A DNA stretch of 49,548 nt, filler included, from Catajapyx aquilonaris (taxonomy: Eukaryota): the NCBI GenBank assembly GCA_000934665.2. It is 2 parts of 2 records of this genome, joined end to end, with 100 filler letters (N's around TTAATTAATTAA, not from the genome) between each part and the next. Parts side by side here need not be neighbours in the genome. Positions count along the whole stretch, not along the records: positions 1 to 24,728 come from JYFJ02005472.1; 1 more part is not named here. One strand, given 5' to 3'. A program made the translations under genes and the position numbers. Positions 11,856 to 24,828 of the stretch are shown here, piece by piece. Position 1 is the first letter of the stretch. Each line of letters begins with the position of its first letter. The notes under the pieces are model-generated. The model searched no databases. It saw only the letters and a program-made list of their open reading frames with translations, and was not told the DNA's origin.

Positions 11856-12532
11856 TGTCAGTCTGCATATTCTGAATTTAAAAATTCGGAGAAATTCTTA
11901 CAGGGCAAACTTTTATTCACTGCTCCGCAAGAGGTTGGTTAACAGTAGTGACATTATTTTATTAAAATGCATTACACGGAAGTGTTTTCACACCAGTGTT
12001 AAAATTACCCTGTTGCCAGTCACGGAATATCCATTAGATGATTGGTAACCACAAAAAGATGTCTTCTCACCTGTTTTGGCGAGTGCTAGCTTTACCCTCC
12101 CAATGCATTTCTGTCAATATACGCATATTAATTGGGTATGCACTTCCCCTGACAATGTCTAGTTAGGGGCAAGTGTGGCCCCCTTTAAAAAACCAGTCTG
12201 ATTATGCCACCAAAAAGAAACAATAACAGCGTGATAGTACACCTTAACCTCTTACTTACAGTGCCAGAGATGTTATGCAGCATAAGATTCAATACGCGTC
12301 AGATTTTCTGCAAAAGATACTTAGGTACTCGGCGGAAAAGTTAAAACACGAGCTGGAGCTTGTTGGCAATTTTTCATCAATGTGATAAGGAAGGATCGTA
12401 GGTGTTTCTGGCTTACTTGGCTGCACAGTACACAGTAAGCATCCTCCAATGGATTTCTGTGGTCTATGGCCATCAGAAATAGAACCATGCGCTGATACCA
12501 CTTGGGCACCCTCGACATGGTGTACGCCATCT

Positions 12533-12812
12533 GCTGGCGATGGTGGTCTGGTGGTTAGCACGCTCGCCTCTAGCCCCAAAGTTGTGGGTTCGAACCTGGC
12601 CGAGGTCAGTGACTTTTCTCCGGGTGGTAGAAAAGTGAGAGTGAGCCTTCCTTCGGAGGGGAAGTAAAGCTGTCGGTCCCGTGTGCTTGTGACATTGTGC
12701 AAGTGCATGTTAAATATCCCTCGAGTGGCCTAATTTCCAGGAGGACGACCACCCCCTGGCGTCGGTGATGAGCCTAGCGGCAGAAATAGGCTGACGTTAA
12801 GCCCCCACTAAA
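12533..12812 (+). mobile_element. tRNA-derived SINE family B
   Basis: GGTGGTCTGGTGGTTAGC A box and GGTTCGAACC B box; 13 bp TSD GTGTACGCCATCT at 12520-12532 and 12813-12825. Confidence 0.88.
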
Positions 12813-13157
12813 GTGTACGCCATCTTGGATTGGGTGCAGCAGCATTCTTGGTATTCACATGCAGGCTCTTACCCATGCATTTCGAAGGTGTTGGTACTAT
12901 CTTGCTCTGGTAGAAATTCCAAGTCTCTGTGTTCAACAGTATTCGCTCCAGAAGCCAAGAACAGGTTTAATTTTATTCACCTAATATTAGTGATAACTAA
13001 AAACAGCCCATGAACTTCAAACACAGCCCATGAACTTCAAACACATCCTGTATAACATCCACTATATTCAACCATATCTGGTAATAATTAAGCACCTCGG
13101 TTGGGGTGAAAAAAGCTACACAAATATAACAACTGCAGGCAAAATTTGAGGTAACTA

Positions 13158-13890
13158 CATGGGTTGATTCATAAGTCATGGAGTGTATTTTTTTTATTCA
13201 AAAACGGTAACACATGCAGAGATTACTTTTACTGAGTTTTGAAGATCCGGAGTGTAGATGTGGTCCATATCCAGAGGAGGGCAGGGAAACAAAGGGGGAA
13301 TGTGACCCCCCCACCGCACCATCGCCCTAAGACGGCCCGAGAGTGACGCGCTTGGAGCTGTTGGATGCTGCATGCAGGACACTCGGAGATGGACAACACA
13401 GGAGCTTCTTTCGAGTGTGGGACAAGTCAGAGCACTATGACTGGAGCCATTTGTCATTCATCGCCACAAACAGTTTGAAAAATCCCTTGGCCCTCAATGC
13501 GATCGAGTTCCCAGCAAGAGCAAAATGGTAGCACTTTTGCACTTCAAAGAGATGGCGAGGAACCAGTGAGGATGCCTTCCTGAGACCTTTCTGTCTTTCA
13601 GTGTCCTAAGCATAGTGCTCTGACTTGTCCCACACTAGCAAGCAAGCTCCTGTGTTGTCCATCGCACGCAATGTCCAACAGCTCCAAGAGCGGCCGTCCT
13701 AGGGCAATGGTGCGGTGGGGGGGGGCACATTCCCCCTTTGTTTCCCCGCCCCCCACGCGATATGGGCAACATCTATATGCCAGATCAAATTGCAATCGTC
13801 GGATCTTCAAAACTCAGCAAAGGTCACCTCTTTATGTGTTACTATGTTTAAATTAAAAAATACACGCCATGACTTATGAATCAACCCACG
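13158..13890. mobile_element. Non-autonomous TA-targeting element with ~280 bp imperfect TIRs
   Basis: TA-CATGGGTTGATTCATAAGTCATGG ... CCATGACTTATGAATCAACCCACG-TA; arms match inward to about 13440 and 13611. Confidence 0.85.
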
Positions 13891-14280
13891 TAAAAGGACC
13901 AGAATACTTGGAATACACTGTATCACTCATTCATTTCATTGACTTCACAGCACAAATCCCATTCAGGGGTAGCCAGCGGAGTCCAGGTTATACCTGGCCA
14001 CCTCGTGTAAGACTGACAAAACAAAGCCTCTGGTGACACACTGTATAATGGGTATAAAATGAAATTATTAGGGAAAAAAGTGATTTTCAACCTTGTTTCT
14101 CACTTTATTTGCAGTCTCCACCAAAAATTTATCTGTAGCATGGCAAGACCTATCCTTGGTTCACTTCTTCAGCCTTCATTATGAATTTGTCATCGCATCT
14201 TTAACTTTACTTGTAGTCTCTTGCGACCTGTAGTTATGTCACTTCCCTTCTTCCAGTCATCTTTATGGCTATATTTTCAG

Positions 14281-17200
14281 CTATGACCATGGAAGGTCAT
14301 GATAAACCGGAATGTTCAGACATCTACGTTTGGGAGGTGGTGATTCTTCATCTGACGCTAGCTCTGCATCAGGGAAGTCAGAAGTGAAGAAACGAGGAAG
14401 GTTTTGCAATGAAGTGCCACGAATATCAGGATCATCACCAACTCCTGAGTTGATCCTGTCTGAAATGGGCTCTACCAGGGGGAAAGCATTGCTGTGCTCT
14501 TTCAAGGATATGCTAATTTCTGGATATTCAATGATGACCTTTCCTCTCAGGTTCTCGCCCAATGTTGCATTTAAATCCAACTCATAGAATCTGAAACCAT
14601 GAATACAGTCCATGAGTCATACAAGCCTTAGATCGAGGGCAGGCCTGGGCCAGGAAGAGAATAGATAATTATTATGTTTATTCCAAGAGGGATTACAGAC
14701 CAATAATGAGGGGAAAATGCTACTGTGCTTTGCAGTGGCCCCAGGGTAGGAGCTTAGGGTGGACATTGTTGCCCCACTTATGTCACTATAGCAGTAGAAG
14801 TAGTTGCCTTATTATGTAGTCTACCCTGAATTCTTCCCCCCCCCCTCCCCCCACCTCCAAGGTCAAGTCAGTGTGTCCTACCTTTCACAAAATAAAAAAT
14901 ATAATCACCGTAGATGGCAGTACTGGTGGCATTATCACATTAATTCTAAAGGATGCTACAAAGTTGTAGTACAGTACCCACTCCCCTTCCCATTGCCTCC
15001 TACTCATGTACTTGCCCTAACTCAGAGGGGTTGTTTTTGCTCCCTCTCCAGGAAGATGGAGAGGGGGCGTGGCCTCTACCCGAGCGTTTTTGGTGCCTCT
15101 CCAGAAAGTTGGAGAGGGGGGAAAAGGGGGGTGAAGTGGGCGGAGCTCTCCACAAATTCCCAAAAAGTGTCTTCTCTCCTCGGAGGTGGAAGAGACTTTC
15201 TGGAGAGGGGGTTGGAGCGGAGGGAGGGCGGGAAGCGGGTGAAGGTTTAAGAATTAAACGTCACCAAGGATTTGGTTGCAGAATTAAACCTCCTTGGGCC
15301 CAGGGTCCTCGCCTCGCGCTCTTCTCAACTGTTTTGAGTGCCTTCTCCCCTAGCTACACCATTCCGCCCGTTTTTGGGTTTAATAGTGGAGAGGGGGGAT
15401 GTGGGGGATATTCCGAAGCCCCACCCTCTTCCACCTCTCCTCTCCATCTTCCTGGAGATGGAGCAAAAACACACCCAGAATAATTCGGCCACCTTGAAAT
15501 CGTGGCTGCTGATTTGCGGAGAAGTGTCACATGCTCATAAAACAACACCTAGGGTGCCAGAAAGGTGCCCACCAAATAGGGTGGGTCCTGGCCCACGATT
15601 ACAGTAAATATGGAACCTCTGGGATAATTACCATAATCAATACAAGGTATTTAAAGTGAGTCACAAGGTGCAGAATAATCCGGCCAAGGGTTCACCGTGC
15701 CAAAATAAATCGGTCAGATGATGCGACCCCACTGTAGTAGGCAAAATTGTCAGGCATATGGAAATTTGCCATTGGCATTCTCATCATGTATCATATGGAC
15801 GGTCAGTCACAAACATCGTACATGGAAGATCACTTGGGGGTGAAATCTTGAAGGTTCACGAAGATGAAAAACCCACATGCACCATGGCAAGACAACATTG
15901 GACCACTCTGAAGGGCAAACAACAGTCCGTATCAACATGTCGACAGTGGCTACATATGAGGTGAGGGGTGTTCAAAAATAGACCGAACTTTTTAAACAGC
16001 ACTTCAACCGGCATGAAGAACGTATTGCGGCTACTGACAGCACCTAGCGACATGTCTTGACAACAAATTGCCATTTGCCACGTTCCGCTATGACCATTGG
16101 CCATCGAGATACATCCACTTAAATGAGCACTTCGACAAGCTGTTTGTCGAATTAGTGAGAAAGTGAAAATAAGAAAGCTTGAAAAACGACGTGTTTGTGT
16201 CAAATTTCACTAAAAAACTGGTAAAAATTTAACAGAGACATTTCAATTGCTTTACCAAGCATACTTGGGAAGAGTCTTCTTGACCAAAACAGGCACAGAT
16301 GAGTCAGCCAAAGGTCAAGTTGGTGTTGGTTGTGTTTTTGGATTGGAAAGTGATTTTTCTTTATGAATTTGGACCATGTTGTCAGATTGGCAGACAAACA
16401 ATGTTGTACCAGAATGTTTTAGTGCGTTTAAGGGATGCTGTGCCCGGGAAAGGCCTAAATTGTGGGAAAGTCAGACTTGGATATTGGTTATTGCGCCATG
16501 GCAAAGCACCGGCTCACACATCGCTCCTCGTCATCAGTTACCTGGGAAAACATCAGACATCCATTGTACCAATCTACCCTATTCTCCAGACTTTAATAGC
16601 CCCAGCAGACTCTTTTGCTATATTCAAAACTTAAAACCAATTTGAAATGACGTCATTTCCAAACCATAGAGGCGATTCAGGACAATGTGACAAGAGCACT
16701 GCCCGCCATCACAGAAAGTGCGTTCCAGGAAGCATTCCAAGAATGGAAGAAAAAATTAAAAACTGTCTATCACCAATAGAGGGAACTACTTTGAAGGGGA
16801 CAGTGCTTAAAATGTTGCAAACTGATCAATAGAGTCTGTGTAGAAAAAGTTCGTTCTTTTTTTGAACATCCCTTGTATGCAGGAATATGACTTCTATCGG
16901 GCAAATAAGGGTGTACGCTGGAAAAAATATCTGACAAAGTTACAGGTCCATAACAATTGTGCTGTTATTGTATGGAAAGACGCATCCTCTCTTGACTGCT
17001 GTTCAAAATAGGAAAAACTAGCACAGGTGAAGGAGAGAAGGAAATGGAGGAAGTGATCTGGTCAAAGGTCATTTTTAGTCATGAGTCCATGTTTGAGGTC
17101 AGTAGCAACCGGCGGCGGATTCAGCGCACCACGTGAGATACGTATCTTTCTCTACAACAACAACAGCGCAATTGTTATGGACCTGTAACTTAGTCAGATT

Positions 17201-20200
17201 TTTTTTTTTTAACGTCCACCCGTATTTGCCTGATAGAAATCATATCCCTGCATATGTAGCCACTGTCAACATGTTCATACGGATTGTCGTTTGCCTATCA
17301 CAGTGATCCAATGTAGTCTTGCCATGGTGCGAGTGGATTTTTCACCTTCGTGAACCTTCAAGATCTCACCCCCAAGTGTTCTTCCACATTCCATGTTTGT
17401 GACTGACAAGATGTCCATATGATACATAATGAGAATGCCAATGGCAAAGGTCTGATTGCACTGCTTCCAGAATGCAATCCCAGCTGGAAAAGAGTTAGAA
17501 AAGTTCATTACTCATGTCAACAAATAATCAATTTTCTGTTATTTTTCCAACTGGGATATGTTTCCGGGAGGTGATACAACCAGATCCAAATGGCTCAAAG
17601 GGGGCCAGGGGCAATGTCTTGAAGATATATCTCATATTCAGTGGAAAGTGAGAAAAAGGGGAAATGGGCGGCAGCAGAGGCCCACGGACGGAATGACAGG
17701 AGCATACGGTGGGTTTTTCATCCTACAGCTAAGTCTCTGCTACTCAGGATTATCCTGTATGCTTTTCATGGGTTATCATGGTTACTTGTCGCTGACAGTT
17801 GCCCTGCTAAATAGCAGTAGGACTAAAAACTAATCACCTGTCTCAAAGGTCTCCAAGGAATCTCATTCCAATAAATAGCCGGTTGGAGTAGGTCTTTTGG
17901 ACTCGCAAAAGGCAGGAGGGTGAGGTGCGGCTGGGGGCAATGGCTGTGTCTCAAATGCAAGGATAAAGGATAGGCATGTATCTGCTGAAGATAGGTCTGT
18001 ATCCGTAAGGAAGGATGGGAAGGTTAGGTTAGGTTAGGTTGGTACAGCATACCCCTTCCAAAATCCAAAAAATCAATACTTGCATTCTTGCCTTTGCGAC
18101 ACAGCCAAGCTGCCCCCAGCCACCACTCACCCTCTCCAACCTTTCGCGTGTCCAAAGGACCTACTCCTTCCAAATAGCCTTCACAGCTTGCTTCTAGCCT
18201 GCCCAAAGTTTTCCAGGTTGAACTCTATTGATTCTGACACTGCTCACTTGCCTCTGAATATTCCAAACAGCCTTTTGGCTCCTACGTTCATTGCAAGTTG
18301 CAGCCTGAATGAAAAAATTCTACTCAATCTAACCCTTTTAGGGCTAATATTAGCCACTCCCATTTTAGAAAACTACCAATATAATATTGCTTAATTAGTA
18401 GTAGATAATGTGAAAAAGTCCCCAACCTCCGCACAAAATTCAATTGGAACATACTGTGTATCAAATCTAACAAGTTCCCACATTTGGACTTACTGCTGTG
18501 GGTGTAACAATGAGTTGAGTATTATTAAACATGGCCTCCAACCTACTCTCAGTTGTTCTGAAAATTGAATGCAGATTGGCAGCCAATATATTCTCTATTC
18601 CCTTTGTGACCACCAGATCATAAGTCCCAGTGCTTGAACTGTAAAATGACGTATAACACAAGAAATAGGTATTTATTGATGTTCATCCCAAGGAAATTTT
18701 CTTACCTGTCATGAGACACCTTCTCTGCTTGCAGGTAGGCCTTGATCCCAACAAATCCTGCTGAATGATAATACTTAAGTTGCTTGTTCATCTTCGAGTC
18801 CTTCCCAGGGCTCATGTAACCCTGAAGTGATGCCATCAAGGTCAATCCTTCTGGAATGGCCTCACCTACCACCTCCAGATCAGCTTGAACAAATGTCCAC
18901 CTCACCCTCCACAAGATGGCATTGCTCTTGTCCACACATGTTGTGTTTTCCTTGTGGCGAGCAAAGGAAAATGGTAGATAAAACAGCCGGACACCATGCC
19001 GAGAAGCAACACAACGTAATTTGTGGAAGCGCTGAAAATAAGTGCAAGATGTTAGTTTCTGGCATACAACTTCTGATCACATTTCTTCACCTGAGGAAGG
19101 GACCCATGCCATGTCAAGCGCTGAGATGGATCACGACGATAAGTGTTCACATGTTGAATGGTATCTTCTAGCAGTTTGTAATCTATCAATAAGATATGTA
19201 TAAATATATGATAATATTAAAATGAATATCAAATTGGCAAAAAAATTGGGATCAACACACTTCAAGGGCTTGGTATTTCAGGAAATTGCGCTCCAAATTA
19301 AAAAATTCAACAATTCCATGCTGTCAGCTTTGGTAACAAATGTATAATATACCATTGAATTTCGAGTCAAAAAAAATGTTAAATCAAGAAAATGTGAAGA
19401 GCAATTCCACAGCCCCCTAGCTACAAATAACAGAAACAGCACTGAGGGAAACAAAACAATGATAATAATCAATAAAATAATGGTAACATTCTTCCTCTTT
19501 CCTGACATGTAGATGAGCCAAATGAAAATCAAGCAGTCTAAGGGGAGGCGGAATGGTGCTGCGGTAACGTATGCGCCCACGGATGTTAAGGTCCCGGGTT
19601 CGATCCCAGCCCGGGGACACCCCTTCATCTCGTGCAGAGTTCATTGGGTCACCTCTGGCTTCGTCTCGGGTGGTATTTCCTACAGACTAAACCACCCGGG
19701 GGAGTTCACTAAAAATTGCCACATAAAGACATTGCACTGCACCTTGCACATCCCCTCCTGTCAACCTGCCCGTGGGCCCGGGCGTTACGTATAAAGGTTC
19801 CGATGTATGTATGAGTATAAAATAAAGGTCCGTGGTATATACGGGCAATTTCACGTGAATGTGACCACCTTTTGCACGAAAAAATTTGCCCGTCGATGAG
19901 TGTGAGATATGTTTGAGTCCATGTCAAGTTATGACCTTTCCCATAAGGATTTGGTCTGCCGATGCGTGGTTGCCTATCTACAGGCGCTAATTGCACTTGG
20001 ATCACAGTTAGAGGCGCCCCCCTATTACATTTACATGACAACTTAAATGCATGATGTAATACATGTTTCATGTGTGAAATTGTCTCCTCTTTCCGACAAA
20101 AATAGTCACTTTCCGTTAGCTGTGCAAATTCATGTCAAAATGTGACATTTTTGCAACCGAATGACATTTTCAAAAAAAGAGCCAAAGTCAAATGTCATCA

Positions 20201-23200
20201 CATTGATATCAAAATACACCTCACAGTGTCCTCTATCAGTGGTACAAACGGAATTTTGGAATACGAAATGGTTACGGAGCTATAGGTACTGACGTGGAGC
20301 GCTGCGCTAGTGGCCATGCCCCCTGAATGAAAATGAGCGGCCCACGTAGGTCCGTCTTCATGTCTCAGGTAGTGTACGCTTGTCCTTTGTGTTTAATTCA
20401 CTTAATAATATAGTTCAAAAAAATTTACCATAGAATAGTAAGAATAAATGAAAATTCCCTTGTCATGTTCAACAAAGTTTCAATTTTCACAAGTGTCAAG
20501 TGTGTGTTAAAATATGCTTGATTATGTAGAATATAGAAACATGTAGCCTACTTTTTATTTTTATATTCATTCCTCTATTCGTTCCTAGTCACCGGACAAA
20601 TGAATGTTCACTGTTGAGACCTGAATGGAATTCCTTGCGACTCCATACACTATTTCACTAATAATGGAATATATTGCACTCCTGCACCCCTCCACGTCAG
20701 TGATTATAGCTCCGTAACCCTTGCGTATGCCAAAATTTCGTTTGTATATGGCTGATAGAGGTCACTATGAGGAATTTTTTGATAGCAATGTGATGACTGA
20801 TGGTATTTAACTTGGCTTTCGTTTCGAAAATTTCATTTGTTTGCAAAATTCTCGCTTTTTGCCATGAATTTGCACATCTGTCAGGAAGTTAGCATTTTTG
20901 TCGAAAAGAGGAGACAATTTCACACATGAAACTTGTATCATATCAAGCATTTACATTGTCGTGTAAATGTGATCAAAGTACAATTTACGCCTGTAGAGAG
21001 GCAACCACGCATCAGGGGACCAAGTTCTTACGCGAAACGTTCTAACATGGACCTAAACATATCTCCTCACACTTTGACACTTATCGAGGGCCAGATTTTT
21101 TGTGCAAAAGGTGATCACGTTCACGTGGAATTGCCCAGTAGCGGACCAAATATTTATTTGGAACTATTTCTAGATACCCGGTATATTAAAACTATAACTA
21201 CATTAACTATATTATTAAGTGAATTAAACACAAAGGACAAGCGTACACTACCTGAGACATGAAGACGGACCTACGTGGGCCGCTCATTTTCATTCAGCGG
21301 GCATGGCCACTAGCGCAGCGCTCCACGTCAGTACCTATAGCTCCGTAACCATTTCGTATTCCAAAATTCCGTTTGTACCACTGATAGAGGACACTGTGAG
21401 GTGCATTTTGATATCAATGTGATGACATTTGACTTTGGCTCTTTTTTTGAAAATGTCATTTGTTTGCAAAAATGTCGCATTTTGACATGAATTTGCACAG
21501 CTAACGGAAAGTGACTATTTTTGTCGGAAAGAGGAGACAATTTCACACATGAAACATGTATTACATCATGCATTTACGTTGTCATGTAAATGTAATAGGG
21601 GGGCGCCTCTAACTGTGATCCAAGTGCAATTAGCGCCTGTAGATAGGCAACCACGCATATGCGGACCAAATCCTTATGGGAAAGGTCATAACCTGACATG
21701 GACTCAAACATATCTCACACTCATCGGCGGGCAAATTTTTTCGTGCAAAAGGTGGTCACGTTCACATGGAATTGCCCATACCTCAGATGAGGTCAAGCAC
21801 TACCCGGATTATTATTATTATTATAAATCAAGCAGTCTACACTTTCAGTGACTACCTAACTTAAAAGAGAATGGCACTGATGTCACAAGCCTTCAATTGT
21901 TAGTTTCAATATTGAAACTGTTGAAAGTCAATGTTCCAAAATGTGACATCAGTCCCATTCCCTGGTGGAAGACACAATACTTATTACCATTGGCAATGTC
22001 CTCGTCAGTGAATTTGTTCTTCGCAATAAAAGTGGTACGGATGCGCAGTCCATCGCAGCCCAATTTCTTTTTGTGTTCCTTGACGCAAAGGAGAGAGCAC
22101 GTAGGAATTACACATCTCGGGCACTTGTACTTCGCTTCTTTCTTCTTGCACATCCTGCACAACCTAGAAAATTGCACACACAATTTCACAATGTAAAACT
22201 CAGGTTGCAACAAGTAACAATAATGAAGATGACCATTCTTTTAGGTTCAGGTCAAGTTTATGGGAATATTTGAAGGTTGGCGTTGGTTTTTTTTCCCCCC
22301 AGCATGTGTTTTGAAGAGGTGACCAAGTAATACAAAATAGCTATCTGCATATTTTACTAAAGAAAAAATACCCTGGGCTGTAAATTAATGGGTTCAAGAG
22401 GGGTTGAAAGACATTTTCTGTGGAAAGCTGTGTCGATGTATCAAATTAGACAGAGTGAAGTTGTCACATTTCTAGGCCATGGCATTAGGTCAACCCAGCC
22501 CCCAAGTCACTCCCTATACCAGTATATTGCTACCCCCGTGAGCTTAGCTAATCTCCCCCACCGCGGGGGATTGGCCAAGGTCGGCGCTCGAGTCATTTTC
22601 CTAGATGGTCACTCCTTACCTAGCGGGGCAATTCTGAACCATTAGGGTCGACTCCCATTGGCTGGCCTCCTTAGGCCACGACATGGCTGGCCTCCTTAGG
22701 CCACGACATGGCTCGCCACAGGAGGACTTTAAGACTCCAGCCAATCGGAGTCGACCCTAATGGTTCAGAATTGGCCCGCTAGGTAAGGCGTGACCATCTA
22801 GGAAAATGACTCTAGCGCCAACTGTGGCCAATCCCCCTCGGTGGGGGACATCAGGTAAGCTCATGCGAAAAGAGGGAGAGGGACTGGGGGCTGGGTCAAC
22901 CATTATTCAGCGGACAAGTGATGCTCATCAATATATTTTGATACTGCTCAACATTTTTTTATGTAGAACTTGTGAATTCCTGATGCCTGCATTTCATGAG
23001 GCAGCTAAGTTAGATTAATGTAGTTTAATTTTTAGTTTCAATATTCCATCACTCATTATACCTGGCTTAACACACGTGTAACAGCTTGAGATCCCATTAT
23101 TAAAAACTACCATACGATTCCGATAATTACCCCAGCAACTAATGCATAGTAATGGGGTGCATTGTGGAAGTGCATAAATTTTTGCCTTTCATACCACTCT

Positions 23201-24365
23201 TCCACCCAGACAATGTTTTTCTACTTGGGTTCAATACCGCAAGGCACAAACCTTTTCCCTACTAAAACATGTTAATTATTGGCATACCTTGGACACAGCT
23301 TCAATATTGTTACCTTTTTCTACTTCCTATTAACTACTCATTTGAACCAAAGGCATAAAATAGGCCGGCAGTTCTGGACTCAATACTCAACATGAATGAC
23401 TCACTTAGTGACATAGACCAACTGTCTTCCTAAATGTAGGTCAACAAGCATACAAGCAACAATTTCTGGCCACATTTTCTGGTCAGCGACAAAATAATTC
23501 TTGCACCTAGCTAATGTAGAAACCCAGCCAGGATTTCGTTGGGAGAGCTGTCGAACCTGTCTGGGTTCATAAGCTTGTGAGAAATACCTTCTCAGCACAC
23601 TTTTTAGTTACATCCCATTGGCTGGAGCTACGAGCCTGAAAATAAGGTGTGACTCGCTGCCAACAAGTACGACAAGATGTTTCACTCAAGCTTGTGAATA
23701 AACCTTCAAGCAACAGTCTATAAATGAAATTTTCGCTGATCCAAGGAGATGACCACATACTTTCCCCGCACCTGACAGTTAATCAACGTCACTGCTCGTT
23801 GATAAAAGCTGCTCGTGGCAACCATTAAGCAGGTCCCCCAATGCGTCCATTTGGCATTTACCTGTCAGTCTCCATGGGCACCACCGGCACATACTCTGCC
23901 ATTGTTCAAGTGTACCCAGACCACCTTGAGTGAAACCGTGAATGCCACCTTCAACCCACAACCGGTTGACTAGGCTGCCTCGCACGTGGTGTCCATCCAG
24001 CGGAGAAGTGGTGTTTGTGCGCAATCCCTACGCGCATCTGCTAAACTCCATGCTGATTCAAGGGTGCCAGATCATCATTTCCCACCCATTTTCCAAAATT
24101 GAACAACAACGACTAATAAATTTCTTGGTAAGCGTGGTAAAGTGTCTAATGCGTTGGTCTAATGGGTACATTACCGATTGTATACTGCATAATAAAATTA
24201 AAAGTCATTCCAGACACTCTAGCTGGCAATCAATACACAAAGTTTCCCGCCGTTTCCCGCCCTTCACCGGTATTTTCAGTTTATCACGGTTTATCACTGT
24301 TTATCACGTTTATCAAAAGACCATATTGCTACTGCTGCATTAGACCTGTCTGCAACCGACAGCAT
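14281..24365 (-). CDS. ZNHIT6: Box C/D snoRNA protein 1 (zinc finger HIT domain protein)
   Basis: Exons 22163-21988, 19182-19091, 19031-18706 and 14590-14281, all GT/AG and phase-consistent; candidate first exon 24365-24346 (MLSVADR, weaker donor GTCTAA) is tentative; about 307 aa. zf-HIT CRMC..YKCPRC..CSLLCVKEHKKKLGCDG, DYKLLE, ILWRVRW and LRGKVIIEYPEI motifs; AATAAA near 14104. Confidence 0.88.
15765..17448. mobile_element. Decayed Tc1-like fragment with inverted duplication, interrupted by a mariner element
   Basis: 15765-15956 + 16878-16990 match the reverse complement of 17135-17448; remnant WSKVIFSHESMFEV near 17058-17100. Confidence 0.65.
15962..16875 (+). mobile_element. Internally deleted mariner (DD34D) element
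   Basis: TIRs GAGGGGTGTTCAAAAATAGACCGAACTTTT / AAAAGTTCGTTCTTTTTTTGAACATCCCTTG-TA; frameshifted transposase with RVCVKF, KVKLVLVVFLDWK, HGKAPAH, PYSPD and GNYFEGD. Confidence 0.88.
19542..21824 (+). mobile_element. SINE family A copy split by a 1.9 kb DNA element (in a ZNHIT6 intron)
   Basis: Body 19542-19842 and tail 21778-21824; TSD AAATCAAGCAGTCTA at 19526-19540 and 21825-21839. Confidence 0.9.
19843..21777. mobile_element. Non-autonomous long-TIR DNA transposon (possibly Sola2-like)
   Basis: ~570 bp highly similar TIRs (19843-20415 / 21205-21777), GGGCAATT termini, 4 bp TSD ATAC; a third, diverged TIR copy at about 20690-21137. Confidence 0.85.
22488..22901. mobile_element. Palindromic MITE with 4 bp ATTA flanks
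   Basis: ~180 bp imperfect arms (GGTCAACCCAGCCCCC / GGGGGCTGGGTCAACC); central tandem duplication TGGCTGGCCTCCTTAGGCCACGACA. Confidence 0.8.
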
Positions 24366-24579
24366 GAAGGACACCCAAATGGAAGCTATCATTAGTTCTA
24401 ACTGGTTCTAATCATGTTCAAATTGTCCATGACTGTAAAATGATAGGTACACTAGTACATGTACGGCCGCGTACGGCATTGTTTTAACAGGTTTTAGCGA
24501 TGCACTCCTCTGTTGCAGGCGGTGGGACGTGGGACTGCGGTGGGAGGCCTTGAAGGAGCGTAGGTGTAAATTCAAATAT

Positions 24580-24728
24580 GGGGCCGTCCATAATCCGCGC
24601 GGACAGATTTTTTCACTTTTTTACCTCCCCCCCTCCCCTTTGCGGACAGAAGCGGACAATTTCTTACCTCCCCCCCTAAAAATTGCGCTGACATGGCCTC
24701 CTTGACCCCCCCCCCCCTGCCCCCGCTT
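24580..24728. mobile_element. Left end of a probable PIF/Harbinger-like MITE, truncated at the contig end
   Basis: GGGGCCGTCCATAA terminus followed by C-rich CCCCCCTCCCC tracts; no partner TIR visible. Confidence 0.4.
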
Positions 24729-24828
24729 NNNNNNNNNNNNNNNNNNNNNNNNNNNNNNNNNNNNNNNNNNNNTTAATTAATTAANNNNNNNNNNNNNNNN
24801 NNNNNNNNNNNNNNNNNNNNNNNNNNNN
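24729..24828. other. Artificial contig linker / assembly gap
   Basis: 44 N + TTAATTAATTAA (stops in all six frames) + 44 N = exactly 100 bases. Confidence 0.95.

Noticed and set aside
12289..12960. Coding-like sequence around SINE B
   Set aside because: After removing the SINE, all minus-strand frames I translated contain stops, and no family is recognisable.
14640..15610. Overlapping ORFs in a purine/pyrimidine-skewed intronic block
   Set aside because: No recognisable motif, TIR or TSD; probably an unclassified repeat.
23040..24150. Possible viral or retroelement coding remnant
   Set aside because: Only short ORFs and no motif I can identify; BLASTX would be needed.
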